A stretch of 47,885 bases of DNA. It comes from Eubacteriales Family XIII. Incertae Sedis bacterium (lineage in GTDB: Bacteria; Bacillota; Clostridia; Peptostreptococcales; Anaerovoracaceae). A program made the translations under genes and the position numbers. The stretch spans positions 1-47,885 of the forward strand of contig JAISZM010000163.1 of the NCBI GenBank assembly GCA_031269205.1, in the 5' to 3' direction. Below the pieces are notes generated by a model. That model searched no databases. It saw only the letters and a list, made by a program, of their open reading frames with translations, and had not been told where the DNA came from. Positions 8,498 to 17,374 of the stretch are shown piece by piece; the first letter of the stretch is position 1, and each line of letters opens with the position of its first letter.

Positions 8498-10579
8498 ATG
8501 AATGAAGGAAATGAAAACTCTCGCCTTGACGACAGAAAGACGCGTTGGTTTCGCGGCCGGGCAGTCCGCGTCTTTGCGCTGACGGCCGCGCTCATAGCGA
8601 CTCTCGTTATCGCGCCGGAGTATTCGCTCCTTCATCCCTTGCAGGCGCACGCAGCCCCCGCATTCATGGCGACGGCGGGTAAGCCGAGCCTTTCGACCAT
8701 CTACGTCACAAAGGGAACATCGATCATGATCAAAGGACGCTACCTTGCGAAGGGCGACAAGGTAAAGTCGTATACGTCCTCGAAGAAATCCGTAGCCACG
8801 ATCAGCGAGAAGGGCAAGCTCAAGGCGAGGAAAGCCGGCAAGACCACGGTCACGCTAAAAACGAAAAAGGGCAAGAAGGACACGATCAAAGTGGTCGTCG
8901 TGCAGAAGGCCGTTCCTGCAAAATCCGTGACGATAACCAAGTCGAAGTCGATCAACGTGAAGCAGGTCGCGCGTCTGACCGTCAAGACCAAACCTACCAA
9001 ATCCACCTCCACCGTCAGGTGGAGTTCCTCGGACAAGAGTATCGCGACCGTCAATGCGGCAGGTTACATCACTGGCAAGAAGGTTGGGAAGGTCACGATC
9101 ACGATGAAAACATCGTCGGGGAAAAAGGCGACGTGCAAACTGACGGTCAAGGATCCGGTGACGATCTCGGCGAAGAGCGCGAGCGTGCGCGTCGACAGAC
9201 CGGGACGGCTGAAGCTCACGGCGACGGCGCCGAGCGGGATCATCATCTGGTCCAGTTCGGACGAATCTATCGCTACGGTCAAGGACGGCGTCGTGATCCC
9301 GGGAAAGGTGGGCGCGGTCGATATCATAGCGACGTCAAAGGCGAGCGGTACGACGGCCAAGTGCCGTGTTACGGTCGTTCCGCACATTGCGGCCGAGGGG
9401 ATCAGCGTTTCCCCTTCGGAGAAGGCGATAAAATCGGGTAAAACGACGACGCTGAAGGCGACCCTTGTGTCGTCCGTCGACGGCCAGGAATCCAACGACG
9501 ACATCACGTGGTCGAGTTCAAACACGAAAGTCGCAAAGGTGAGCGATACGGGGGTCGTCACGGGCGCCAACTACGGGGTTGCAAAGATCACGGTCGCGGC
9601 GGAGAGCGGGCCGACGGCTGTGGCGGAGATAACCGTGAGTACGGTCAAAGCCAATGATAGCAAGGTCGTCGTCACCCCGGGCATGAAATACAAGACCCGG
9701 TTCACGTTTTATGGCTCATCGAAGGGCGTCACGTATTCGTCGAGCAACAAGAGCATCGCTACCGTGACGTCGTCCGGCGAGGTTCAGGCGAACCTGCGCG
9801 ACAAGAAGACCGGCAAGGCGAAGGAGGGTACGGTCACCATCACGGCAAAGGTGAAGTCGGGTGAAAAAGCTACGATGAAGGTCGTCGTCAGGGACGAGCC
9901 GACCATCGTCGACGTCTCCAAATGGCAGGGCAACATAGACTGGGCCACGGCTTCAAAGTCGATAGATCTCGCGATACTGCGCGTCATCTACGGGACGGAC
10001 GTCTCCATCGAGGGTAAATACACGAGCTACTCGAACAGCTGCAAGAAGTACGATGTGCCTTTCGGCGTCTACGCCTACGTCAGGTACAAGTCGAAGTCGG
10101 CCGCCGAAAACGAGGCGACGAAATTCTACAATCAGGCCGTTTCGGGGGGGCGCGAGCCGCTGTTCTTCGTCGTCGACGCCGAGGATTCGTACATAACGCG
10201 CGCGAACACCGAGGCGTACATAGCCAAACTGCGCAGTCTCGCGAAAGAGGACGGCATAGAGAGACTGAAGATAGGCGTATACGTGGGACACCATCTGTAC
10301 ACGAAGATGAACCTAAATCTCGTGACGGATCTTGATAACGCGAAGACTCCGGATTTCGTCTGGATACCGCGCTACAACACGAACATAGGGGCGCGCACCT
10401 CGACCATGTCCGAGCCCGATTACCCCTGCGATATCTGGCAGTATTCGAGCACGGGCGGCATCCCCGGCATCAGCGGCAACGTCGACATGAACACACTGAC
10501 CGACACGGACGGCGACTGGCTCACGGAAAAATCCACGTTCGATTTCAAATGGCTCATCGCCGGATCGGAAGCGAAATGA
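8498..10579 (+). CDS. Secreted or anchored cell-wall hydrolase: N-terminal TM/signal segment, about five Big_2 (bacterial Ig-like) repeats, C-terminal GH25 muramidase domain
   Basis: The ORF track starts at 8435. I prefer the ATG at 8498 because GAGG lies 8 nt upstream and the leader matches the dapA leader. Repeated ...SSS(D/N)KSIATV..G.VT.K..G.V.I motifs mark the Big_2 repeats. The C-terminus IVDVSKWQGNIDW...FGVYAY...FFVVDAE matches GH25. Confidence 0.85.
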   Translation: MNEGNENSRLDDRKTRWFRGRAVRVFALTAALIATLVIAPEYSLLHPLQAHAAPAFMATAGKPSLSTIYVTKGTSIMIKGRYLAKGDKVKSYTSSKKSVATISEKGKLKARKAGKTTVTLKTKKGKKDTIKVVVVQKAVPAKSVTITKSKSINVKQVARLTVKTKPTKSTSTVRWSSSDKSIATVNAAGYITGKKVGKVTITMKTSSGKKATCKLTVKDPVTISAKSASVRVDRPGRLKLTATAPSGIIIWSSSDESIATVKDGVVIPGKVGAVDIIATSKASGTTAKCRVTVVPHIAAEGISVSPSEKAIKSGKTTTLKATLVSSVDGQESNDDITWSSSNTKVAKVSDTGVVTGANYGVAKITVAAESGPTAVAEITVSTVKANDSKVVVTPGMKYKTRFTFYGSSKGVTYSSSNKSIATVTSSGEVQANLRDKKTGKAKEGTVTITAKVKSGEKATMKVVVRDEPTIVDVSKWQGNIDWATASKSIDLAILRVIYGTDVSIEGKYTSYSNSCKKYDVPFGVYAYVRYKSKSAAENEATKFYNQAVSGGREPLFFVVDAEDSYITRANTEAYIAKLRSLAKEDGIERLKIGVYVGHHLYTKMNLNLVTDLDNAKTPDFVWIPRYNTNIGARTSTMSEPDYPCDIWQYSSTGGIPGISGNVDMNTLTDTDGDWLTEKSTFDFKWLIAGSEAK

Positions 10580-11907
10580 GCGCGCCGGATGTGAACACCG
10601 CAGCCGTGGAAGATGGGCGACCCGCGTCCGGCGCGTCCGCGGCATCTGAGGGAGGGCAGTGCCTCGCGGGACTGAACGCCGCGACCGCGGAGGAGCGTCT
10701 TGCGGCCTTGCGCGAGCTAGCGTCGTCTGAGGTGGCCGACGGGGCGTCGGCGCCGCCCGCTTCAGGCTACGTCAACAATCACATCCATACGATATACAGT
10801 TTCTCACCCTATTCGCCGACGAAGGCCGTATGGCTGTCGCGCGCCTCGGGACTCAACGTCTCGGGCATAGTCGATCACGACTCCGTAGCGGGCGTACGCG
10901 AGTACCGCGAGGCGGGACGAACGCTCGGCTTTCCTACGACGGCGGGGTTTGAACTGCGCTCCGACCACACGGGAACCGCGCTCGGTTCGAGGCGTACGAA
11001 CAATCCCGATCAGGAGGGCGTCTCGTACATGACATTCCACGGTCTGCGCGACTCAGCCATAGACGCCGTAGCGGAGTTTCTGCGGCCCGTGTCCGCGGCT
11101 CGCGGCGAGCGCAACCGCGCCATGTGCGCGCGGCTCGCGGACATCTCCGGGTTATCGCTGGACTACGACGCCGATGTGTTGCCGCTGTCCCGGTCAGCGG
11201 AAGGAGGCGCGGTCACGGAGCGCCATCTTCTCTGCGCGCTCTCGCTCACGGCGATACGGCAGTACGGCGGCGCGCTGTTCGATTTTTTCGTCGACCGTCT
11301 GTTGTTTGGTCCCTCGGACAGAGACAGATTAAAAAAATCGTGGGAGACATCGGCTTATAACGGGAGCGCCCGCGCGGCGGGAGCGCCCGGCGCCTCCTGT
11401 CCCTACGGCGACGACTTCTTCCTCTACGATCTGATCGGCGTGCTGAAGGCCAGTCTCGTAGAGAGCTTCTACCTACCCGCGGGTCCGGTCGAGTGTCCTC
11501 CGCTACCCACCCTCGTCGAGTTCGCCGTCGCCCACGACATCATCATCACCTACCCCTACCTCGGCGACGTGACGAATTCGGTCACGGGCGACAAGAAGGC
11601 TCAGGAGTTTGAGGACGGTTATCTGAGCGAGCTGTTCGGAATACTGCATGGACTCGGCGTCGGCGCGATTTCGTACATGCCCGCGCGCAACAGCAGGGAA
11701 CAGATAGAGCGCGTTAGGACGCTCGCGGATCGGTACGGTATGCTGCAGATCAGCGGCGAGGACGTCAACTCTCCGAGACAGCCTTTTATATCGGAGGCGA
11801 GCAAGGATCCATGGTTCGCAAACCTGCGCGAAACCACATGGAAACTCGTCGAGCACGAGAAGGGTGAGATAAACATGCTCCACATGATGAAAGGGAGGGC
11901 AAAATGA
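10576..11907 (+). CDS. PHP-domain (polymerase/histidinol-phosphatase-like) metal-dependent phosphoesterase with an Ala-rich N-terminal extension
   Basis: NNHIHTIYSFSPYSP...SGIVDHDS is the PHP His-x-His start motif. The ATG at 10576 overlaps the upstream stop (ATGA). The ORF track starts 27 nt earlier. Confidence 0.7.
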   Translation: MSAPDVNTAAVEDGRPASGASAASEGGQCLAGLNAATAEERLAALRELASSEVADGASAPPASGYVNNHIHTIYSFSPYSPTKAVWLSRASGLNVSGIVDHDSVAGVREYREAGRTLGFPTTAGFELRSDHTGTALGSRRTNNPDQEGVSYMTFHGLRDSAIDAVAEFLRPVSAARGERNRAMCARLADISGLSLDYDADVLPLSRSAEGGAVTERHLLCALSLTAIRQYGGALFDFFVDRLLFGPSDRDRLKKSWETSAYNGSARAAGAPGASCPYGDDFFLYDLIGVLKASLVESFYLPAGPVECPPLPTLVEFAVAHDIIITYPYLGDVTNSVTGDKKAQEFEDGYLSELFGILHGLGVGAISYMPARNSREQIERVRTLADRYGMLQISGEDVNSPRQPFISEASKDPWFANLRETTWKLVEHEKGEINMLHMMKGRAK

Positions 11908-13127
11908 ATTTCAGAGGACTCATCGCGATGTCGCGCAGATACGGCGCGGACAAGGACTATGTCCTTGAGGGAGGCGGCAACACCTCGCACAAAGAGGGTG
12001 GCGTCATGGCCGTCAAGGCCTCGGGAAACGCGCTCGGCGGCATAGGCGAAGAGGGCTTCGTCCTGATGGATACGGCCAAGCTCCGCGCGATGACAAAAGC
12101 CGACTACCCCGAAGCCGACGACGAGCGTGAGGCTTGCGCGATCAAGGATATGATGGCCGCGCGCGTCGAAGGGCAGGGCGAGAAACGCCCGAGCGTAGAG
12201 TGCATTCTACACGGCCTGTTTGAGCAGGACTACGTGTTGCACGTCCACCCGGCGCTCATCAACGGCCTGACCTGCGCGGCGGGCGGCGCCGAAGCGGCGG
12301 CGGAACTTTTTTCGGACATGCACGAGGAACTTCTGTGGATGCCGCTGACGAAGCCGGGCTTCATACTCAGCAAAGCCTGCGCCGACGCCTTCGAAACGCA
12401 CGAGAGGAAGTACGGCGTCTGTCCCAAGGCGTTGCTTCTGCAGAACCACGGCGTATTCGTCGCGGAAAGCTCGACCGCGGAGATAGATGAAATCATGGCG
12501 GATATCGTCGGCCGCGTCAGGTCGCGGATAGAGCGTGAACCCGATTTTACAAAAGGGGCTCGCAAAGCGTTTCCGCCCGTCGGAGTCGGAAGCGGAGTCG
12601 GAAGCGACGCGCCGGCGCCGGGGTTCGCGCCTGACGAAGCTGCCGCAAAGTCCATCCCCGATAGCGCGACGCAAATCGCAGCAGCCCTCATCGACTCCTA
12701 TGCGGAGGACGCCGGGGCATACGCCGTCTTTGTCACGAACGCGGAACTGGCCCGCCTGACGGCCTCAAAGGACGCCGCCGCACCCCTCATGCGCCCCTTC
12801 ACCCCCGACCACATAGTATACGACAAAGCCTATCCTCTGTGGCTGGGCCGCGACGATCACGCCGCAAGCGTCGCCGCCGCTTTCCGCGCCTTCACCGACG
12901 CCCACGCCTTCAAACCCAAGGTGGCGCTCGTTGAAGGCTTAGGCGCCTTTGCCCTCGGACTCTCCGAGCACGAAGCGCAGGCCGCCGCCGATCTGCTCGT
13001 AGACGCCGTGAAGATATCGGTATACAGCGAGTCCTTTGGCGGCCCGTCGCCGTTGCCGGACGACTTCACCGCATTCATATCAAACTGGGAAATAGAGTCC
13101 TACCGCCAAAAGCGCTCATTCGGCTGA
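11904..13127 (+). CDS. Class II aldolase/adducin-domain protein. It resembles the aldolase half of the bifunctional rhamnulose-1-phosphate aldolase/lactaldehyde dehydrogenase RhaEW (YuxG type) and has no SDR half.
   Basis: 407 aa with GGGNTSHK...VKASG, HGVFV and FTPDHIVY motifs. ATGA overlap with the PHP gene. It lies next to the rha genes. Confidence 0.7.
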   Translation: MNFRGLIAMSRRYGADKDYVLEGGGNTSHKEGGVMAVKASGNALGGIGEEGFVLMDTAKLRAMTKADYPEADDEREACAIKDMMAARVEGQGEKRPSVECILHGLFEQDYVLHVHPALINGLTCAAGGAEAAAELFSDMHEELLWMPLTKPGFILSKACADAFETHERKYGVCPKALLLQNHGVFVAESSTAEIDEIMADIVGRVRSRIEREPDFTKGARKAFPPVGVGSGVGSDAPAPGFAPDEAAAKSIPDSATQIAAALIDSYAEDAGAYAVFVTNAELARLTASKDAAAPLMRPFTPDHIVYDKAYPLWLGRDDHAASVAAAFRAFTDAHAFKPKVALVEGLGAFALGLSEHEAQAAADLLVDAVKISVYSESFGGPSPLPDDFTAFISNWEIESYRQKRSFG

Positions 13128-14093
13128 ATGCCGCTCCCGGTATCCTCGCGGCGTCATGCCCTGGCGCCTCTTAAATACGCGGTAAAAGTAGCTCGTGTTC
13201 TCGTAGCCGACGGCCGGTATGATCTCCTCGACCGGCGTCTTCGTCTCGCGCAGCAGGAACTCCGCCTGCGCCATCCTCCGGTTCAGCAGTATCTCCTTGA
13301 ACGACCTACCCATCTGCCTGCTTATCATGCGACTCAGCTGATACAGCGGCAGCCGCGCGCGTTCCGCGTATTCGCTGAGCGACGCCTCCGTGTAGTTGTC
13401 CTCGATATACCGCAGCACATCCATCACCACCGTATGCTCGTAGCCCGCGCTGTCCGCCGGCACGTGGCTCAGCTTATCCGTATTGTTTAAAAGATGTTGG
13501 AATAACAATCCCATCGTGCTTTGGTTGATGCTGTTCTGATAGTTCTCCTTGTTTGTCAGAGACCAGATGAGATTCTCCGCGAGGTTCTTGACCGTCAGCA
13601 CGTCTCCCGTACGGAAGTGCAGATAGCTCACGCCCGATCCGTTCGCCGTCATGGATCCCGCGATGAAATTCCCGAGAAGGTTCTCGCCCTCCATCGTCGG
13701 AAGAGCCTTGTCGAAGAACTTGGGAAGGATGATGAAATTGACGGCTATGTCGCCCTCGTCGGCTGGGAGTATCTCGTGTGCCGCGCCGCGCGAGATGAAG
13801 AGGAATTCCCCCGGCTTCAGCGTGACGCGGTGTTCCCCCTCGACGATATGGGTCGTCGTACCGCTGTACATATAGACGATTTCCACATAATTGTGCGTAT
13901 GAGAGGGGAAGTGAATAAATCTCGTATGAGTGCGCACGACGATGAGCGAACCCGGCGGCAACAGTTTACGCGCGTTCACGACGAAGCCCGACTCCGTGGA
14001 GTATATGTCCCTGGACACCTCGACCGATCCGTCCAATATCGCGCGTTCCTCGTCGGATATCTTCATCAATTTTCTCAACAGTTTCTGTTCCAT
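13116..14093 (-). CDS. AraC-family transcriptional regulator (cupin sensor plus two HTH), likely the regulator of the rha locus
   Basis: 325 aa. The N-terminal cupin region has HTHNYVEI...GAAHEI. The C-terminal AraC HTH has ...GYENTSYFYRVFKRRQGMTPRGYR. It is divergent from rhaB. Confidence 0.85.
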   Translation of the reverse strand: MEQKLLRKLMKISDEERAILDGSVEVSRDIYSTESGFVVNARKLLPPGSLIVVRTHTRFIHFPSHTHNYVEIVYMYSGTTTHIVEGEHRVTLKPGEFLFISRGAAHEILPADEGDIAVNFIILPKFFDKALPTMEGENLLGNFIAGSMTANGSGVSYLHFRTGDVLTVKNLAENLIWSLTNKENYQNSINQSTMGLLFQHLLNNTDKLSHVPADSAGYEHTVVMDVLRYIEDNYTEASLSEYAERARLPLYQLSRMISRQMGRSFKEILLNRRMAQAEFLLRETKTPVEEIIPAVGYENTSYFYRVFKRRQGMTPRGYRERHSAE

Positions 14094-14160
14094 CGGAGGG
14101 CGTTTTCCTTTCGCTCCTATGATACCACATCCACAACGTTATGCAAATAAGGACGGTAAA

Positions 14161-14216
14161 CTTGCAAACGATGACATTACGCACGGACGCGGGCGTGCAT
14201 ATAATATGTTTGCAAG
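14161..14216 (+). promoter_or_regulatory. rhaB promoter region: a perfect 9-bp inverted repeat CTTGCAAAC...GTTTGCAAG bracketing a TATAAT box (14200-14205)
   Basis: Read directly from the sequence. The -35 is poor (TTACGC), as expected for an activator-dependent promoter. Confidence 0.35.
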
Positions 14217-14254
14217 TATGCGGAGAAGGCGGCGAGCGGGCCGCTGTGGAGGAG

Positions 14255-15688
14255 ATGCCAAAATATTATCTGGCAGTTGATATCGGCGCTTCCGGAGGCA
14301 GGCATTATGCGGGCCATCTGGAAGGAAACGCTTTGAGAATCGATGAGATACACCGTTTTGCCAACGGCCCGGAACACGATGGACAGAGCCTCGTATGGGA
14401 TTCCGAAGGCATATTCGATGAGATACTCACGGGCATGAAAAAATGCCGCGAGGCGGGCGTCGTTCCCGTCAGCGTCGGTGTGGACGCCTGGGGAGTCGAT
14501 TACGCGCTTCTCGACAAAGACATGAAAAGGATAGGCAAGAGCTACGCTTACAGGGACAGACGCACCGTGGGGATGGACGCGAGGTTCGACGAGACCATGG
14601 CTCCTGGGGAACTCTACGGGCGTACGGGCATACAGCGTATTCCTATCAACACACTCTATCAGCTCATGGCGCACATGGACAGGGAGCCGGGCGATTTTGA
14701 TATCGCGAGGCGTCTGCTCATGCTGCCGGACTATTTTCATTTCCTCCTCGCCGGGGAGATGTGCTCTGAGTACACTGACGCCACCACGACCGGACTCGTC
14801 AACGCTTTGACGAAGGACTGGGACGACGCGGTGATGTCCGCTGCGGGAATACCGAGGCTTTTGTTCAACGAGCTGCATCTTCCCGGCACACGATTGGGTA
14901 AGTTGAGAAGAGATATCGCGGACGAGATTGGATTCTCCTGCGACGTCGTGTTGCCGTGTACGCACGACACGGCGTCCGCCGTCGCGGCCTTGCCCGACGC
15001 GCGGGCGGACGGGAAGAACGGTCCGCTCTATGTCAGCTCGGGTACGTGGTCCCTGTTCGGGTGCGAGAGCGACGAACCCCAGCTATCCGAAAAGAGCCGC
15101 GTGATGAATCTGACAAACGAAGGCGGGTACGGTTACCGCTACTGTCTTCTGAAAAACATCATGGGATTGTGGATGATACAGTCGGTGAGGCGCGAGATTG
15201 CTCCCGGCATGAGTTTTGACGAGATCGCCGCCGCTGCCTCCGCGGCTGTCATAGACGGGAATGTCGACTGCGAAGACGCGGCGTTTCTGTCGCCTGACAG
15301 CATGTGCGGAGCCATAAGGGATTGGCGCTGCGAGAGAGGACTCCGTGAACCCGAAGGTGTAGGCGAGACGGCGGCCGTGATATACGCGGGCCTCGCCGAT
15401 TCCTACGCGGCGAACGCCACGGGGCTTGCGGACGTCACGGGCAGGCAGTTTGAGGATATCTACATCATAGGGGGCGGGTCGAAGGATGATTATTTGAATG
15501 GACTCACCGCCCGGGGGACGGGCATGACCGTACACGCCGGTCCGGCCGAGGCGGCGGCTATAGGCAATATCCTCGTCCAGATGATCTCCGACGGCGAGTT
15601 CAGTGATTTGAGCGAGGCGAGAAGGTGCGTAGCGGATTCGTTTGAGATCAAGAGGTACGAAGGAGGGGACGCCGATGCGGCCAACTGA
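14255..15688 (+). CDS. rhaB: Rhamnulokinase (FGGY family)
   Basis: YLAVDIGASGGR N-terminal motif, FGGY C-terminal GGGSKD. The ORF track starts at 14141. I prefer the ATG at 14255 (MPKYYLAVDIG), but the start is ambiguous because the SD spacing is short. Confidence 0.88.
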   Translation: MPKYYLAVDIGASGGRHYAGHLEGNALRIDEIHRFANGPEHDGQSLVWDSEGIFDEILTGMKKCREAGVVPVSVGVDAWGVDYALLDKDMKRIGKSYAYRDRRTVGMDARFDETMAPGELYGRTGIQRIPINTLYQLMAHMDREPGDFDIARRLLMLPDYFHFLLAGEMCSEYTDATTTGLVNALTKDWDDAVMSAAGIPRLLFNELHLPGTRLGKLRRDIADEIGFSCDVVLPCTHDTASAVAALPDARADGKNGPLYVSSGTWSLFGCESDEPQLSEKSRVMNLTNEGGYGYRYCLLKNIMGLWMIQSVRREIAPGMSFDEIAAAASAAVIDGNVDCEDAAFLSPDSMCGAIRDWRCERGLREPEGVGETAAVIYAGLADSYAANATGLADVTGRQFEDIYIIGGGSKDDYLNGLTARGTGMTVHAGPAEAAAIGNILVQMISDGEFSDLSEARRCVADSFEIKRYEGGDADAAN

Positions 15689-16949
15689 CATGAGCGCGAA
15701 GATACAGGCGAACTACGAAATGGCCAAAGAAGCCTACTCCGCCGCGGGCGTCGACGTGGACAAGGCCGTGGAGACCCTCGGGGATTACCGCATATCCATG
15801 CACTGCTGGCAGGGTGACGACGTCATGGGCTTCGACCACGACGGTCCGCTGACGGGCGGCATCCAAACGACGGGCGACTATCCGGGCAGGGCGAGGACAC
15901 CCGATGAACTCATGTCCGATCTCGACAAGGCGTACAGCCTTATAGGCGGCAGACACCGACTGAATTTGCACGCGAGTTACGCGATTTTCAAGAACGGTTT
16001 TCACGACCGTGACGCGTTAGAGCCTTCCGACTTCTCTGCGTGGGTGGATTACGCGAAGGATCGCGACCTCGGACTCGATTTCAACCCGACATATTTTTCG
16101 CACGAAAAGGCGCGGCAGTACACGATGTCTGACCCGGATCCCGCCATCCGCGATTTTTGGGTGGAACACAGCAAGGCGTGTGTCAGGATAGCGCGGTATT
16201 TCACCGAGAGCCTTGACTCACACTGCCTGCTGAACGTGTGGATACCCGACGGCGCCAAGGACATCCCCGCGGACAGGCTCGGCCCGCGCGAGCGCTTCGC
16301 CGAGTCAATGGACCGGATGTTGGCCGAGCCGCACGACAGAGACAAGGTGTACGTCTCGATCGAGTCGAAGGTATTCGGGATCGGTATGGAATCCTATACC
16401 GTGGGTTCCGCCGAGTTCGGATTATGCTACGCCGCGTCGCGCGGCATACTGCCGCTCATGGACAATGGCCACTACCACCCGACGGAGTCCGTCGCTGACA
16501 AAATATCGTCAGCCCTGTTGATCTTTGATAAAATAGCACTGCACGTCACGCGTCCCGTCCGCTGGGACAGCGACCACGTGGTTCGCTATGACGACGAGAC
16601 GCGCGAGATAGCGAAGGAGATCGTGACGTGCGGAAGGGACAGGATACTCCTCGGCACGGACTGGTTCGACGCGAGCATCAACCGCGTCGCGGCGTGGGTC
16701 GTCGGTATGCGAAACTTCCAAAAGGCGTTGCTGTCGGCTCTGCTGACGCCAAGAGAGGAACACAAGCGTCTGCAGGACGAAGGCAGGTATACGGAATTGT
16801 TCATGAAGCAGGAGGAGTTGAAGACATTGCCTTTCGGCGCGGTATGGGATATGTTCTGCGAACGCTCGGGCGTACCCACCCGTGACGCTTGGTACAACGA
16901 GGTAGTCGCGTACGAGCGGGATGTATTGTCAAAGAGGGACGCAACATGA
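15675..16949 (+). CDS. rhaA: L-rhamnose isomerase
   Basis: ANYEMAKEAYSAAGVDVDKAVE...ISMHCWQGDDV matches the RhaA N-terminus. AGGAGG lies 8 nt before the ATG at 15675. Confidence 0.92.
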   Translation: MRPTDMSAKIQANYEMAKEAYSAAGVDVDKAVETLGDYRISMHCWQGDDVMGFDHDGPLTGGIQTTGDYPGRARTPDELMSDLDKAYSLIGGRHRLNLHASYAIFKNGFHDRDALEPSDFSAWVDYAKDRDLGLDFNPTYFSHEKARQYTMSDPDPAIRDFWVEHSKACVRIARYFTESLDSHCLLNVWIPDGAKDIPADRLGPRERFAESMDRMLAEPHDRDKVYVSIESKVFGIGMESYTVGSAEFGLCYAASRGILPLMDNGHYHPTESVADKISSALLIFDKIALHVTRPVRWDSDHVVRYDDETREIAKEIVTCGRDRILLGTDWFDASINRVAAWVVGMRNFQKALLSALLTPREEHKRLQDEGRYTELFMKQEELKTLPFGAVWDMFCERSGVPTRDAWYNEVVAYERDVLSKRDAT

Positions 16950-17278
16950 GAAAATATCTATGCGTGATCGAGGTCAAGGCTGAATGCCGCGACGATTATA
17001 TCGCTCTTCACAAGGCGCCGTGGCGCGAGATGCTCGAGGCGATCAGAGACGCGGGCTACGTCAATGAGGCCATCTGGTACTACAAGAACCAGAGCATCAT
17101 CTACCTCGAGTGCCCGGACGATACGACGCATGAGGAATGCGACGCGCGGCTCAGAGCCTCGGATGTCTGCAAGCGATGGGATGTGACGGTCTGCCCGTGG
17201 CTCGCGGCCGATCCCGTCATGGCGCCGAAGATATTCGACCTGAGCCAACAGCTCGGCGAAGGGCTGAAAGAAGATTGA
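16946..17278 (+). CDS. rhaM: L-rhamnose mutarotase
   Basis: About 110 aa from the ATG that overlaps the rhaA stop (ATGA). YIALHKAPWREMLEAIRDAGYVNEAIWY is typical of the RhaM/RhaU family. Confidence 0.85.
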   Translation: MRKYLCVIEVKAECRDDYIALHKAPWREMLEAIRDAGYVNEAIWYYKNQSIIYLECPDDTTHEECDARLRASDVCKRWDVTVCPWLAADPVMAPKIFDLSQQLGEGLKED

Positions 17279-17298
17279 GCCTGTCGCGGGAGACAGGC
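17279..17298 (+). terminator. Hairpin GCCTGTC-GCGGGA-GACAGGC directly after rhaM, with a weak T-rich tail
   Basis: 7-bp perfect GC-rich stem seen in the sequence. No clean U-tract. Confidence 0.35.
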
Positions 17299-17374
17299 CA
17301 TGTTATTGGTTCATTGATAGGAAACGTCAATGGTGGCGCGGCGCCCAAACGGCGCAGATGTTGTGGAGGAGTAA

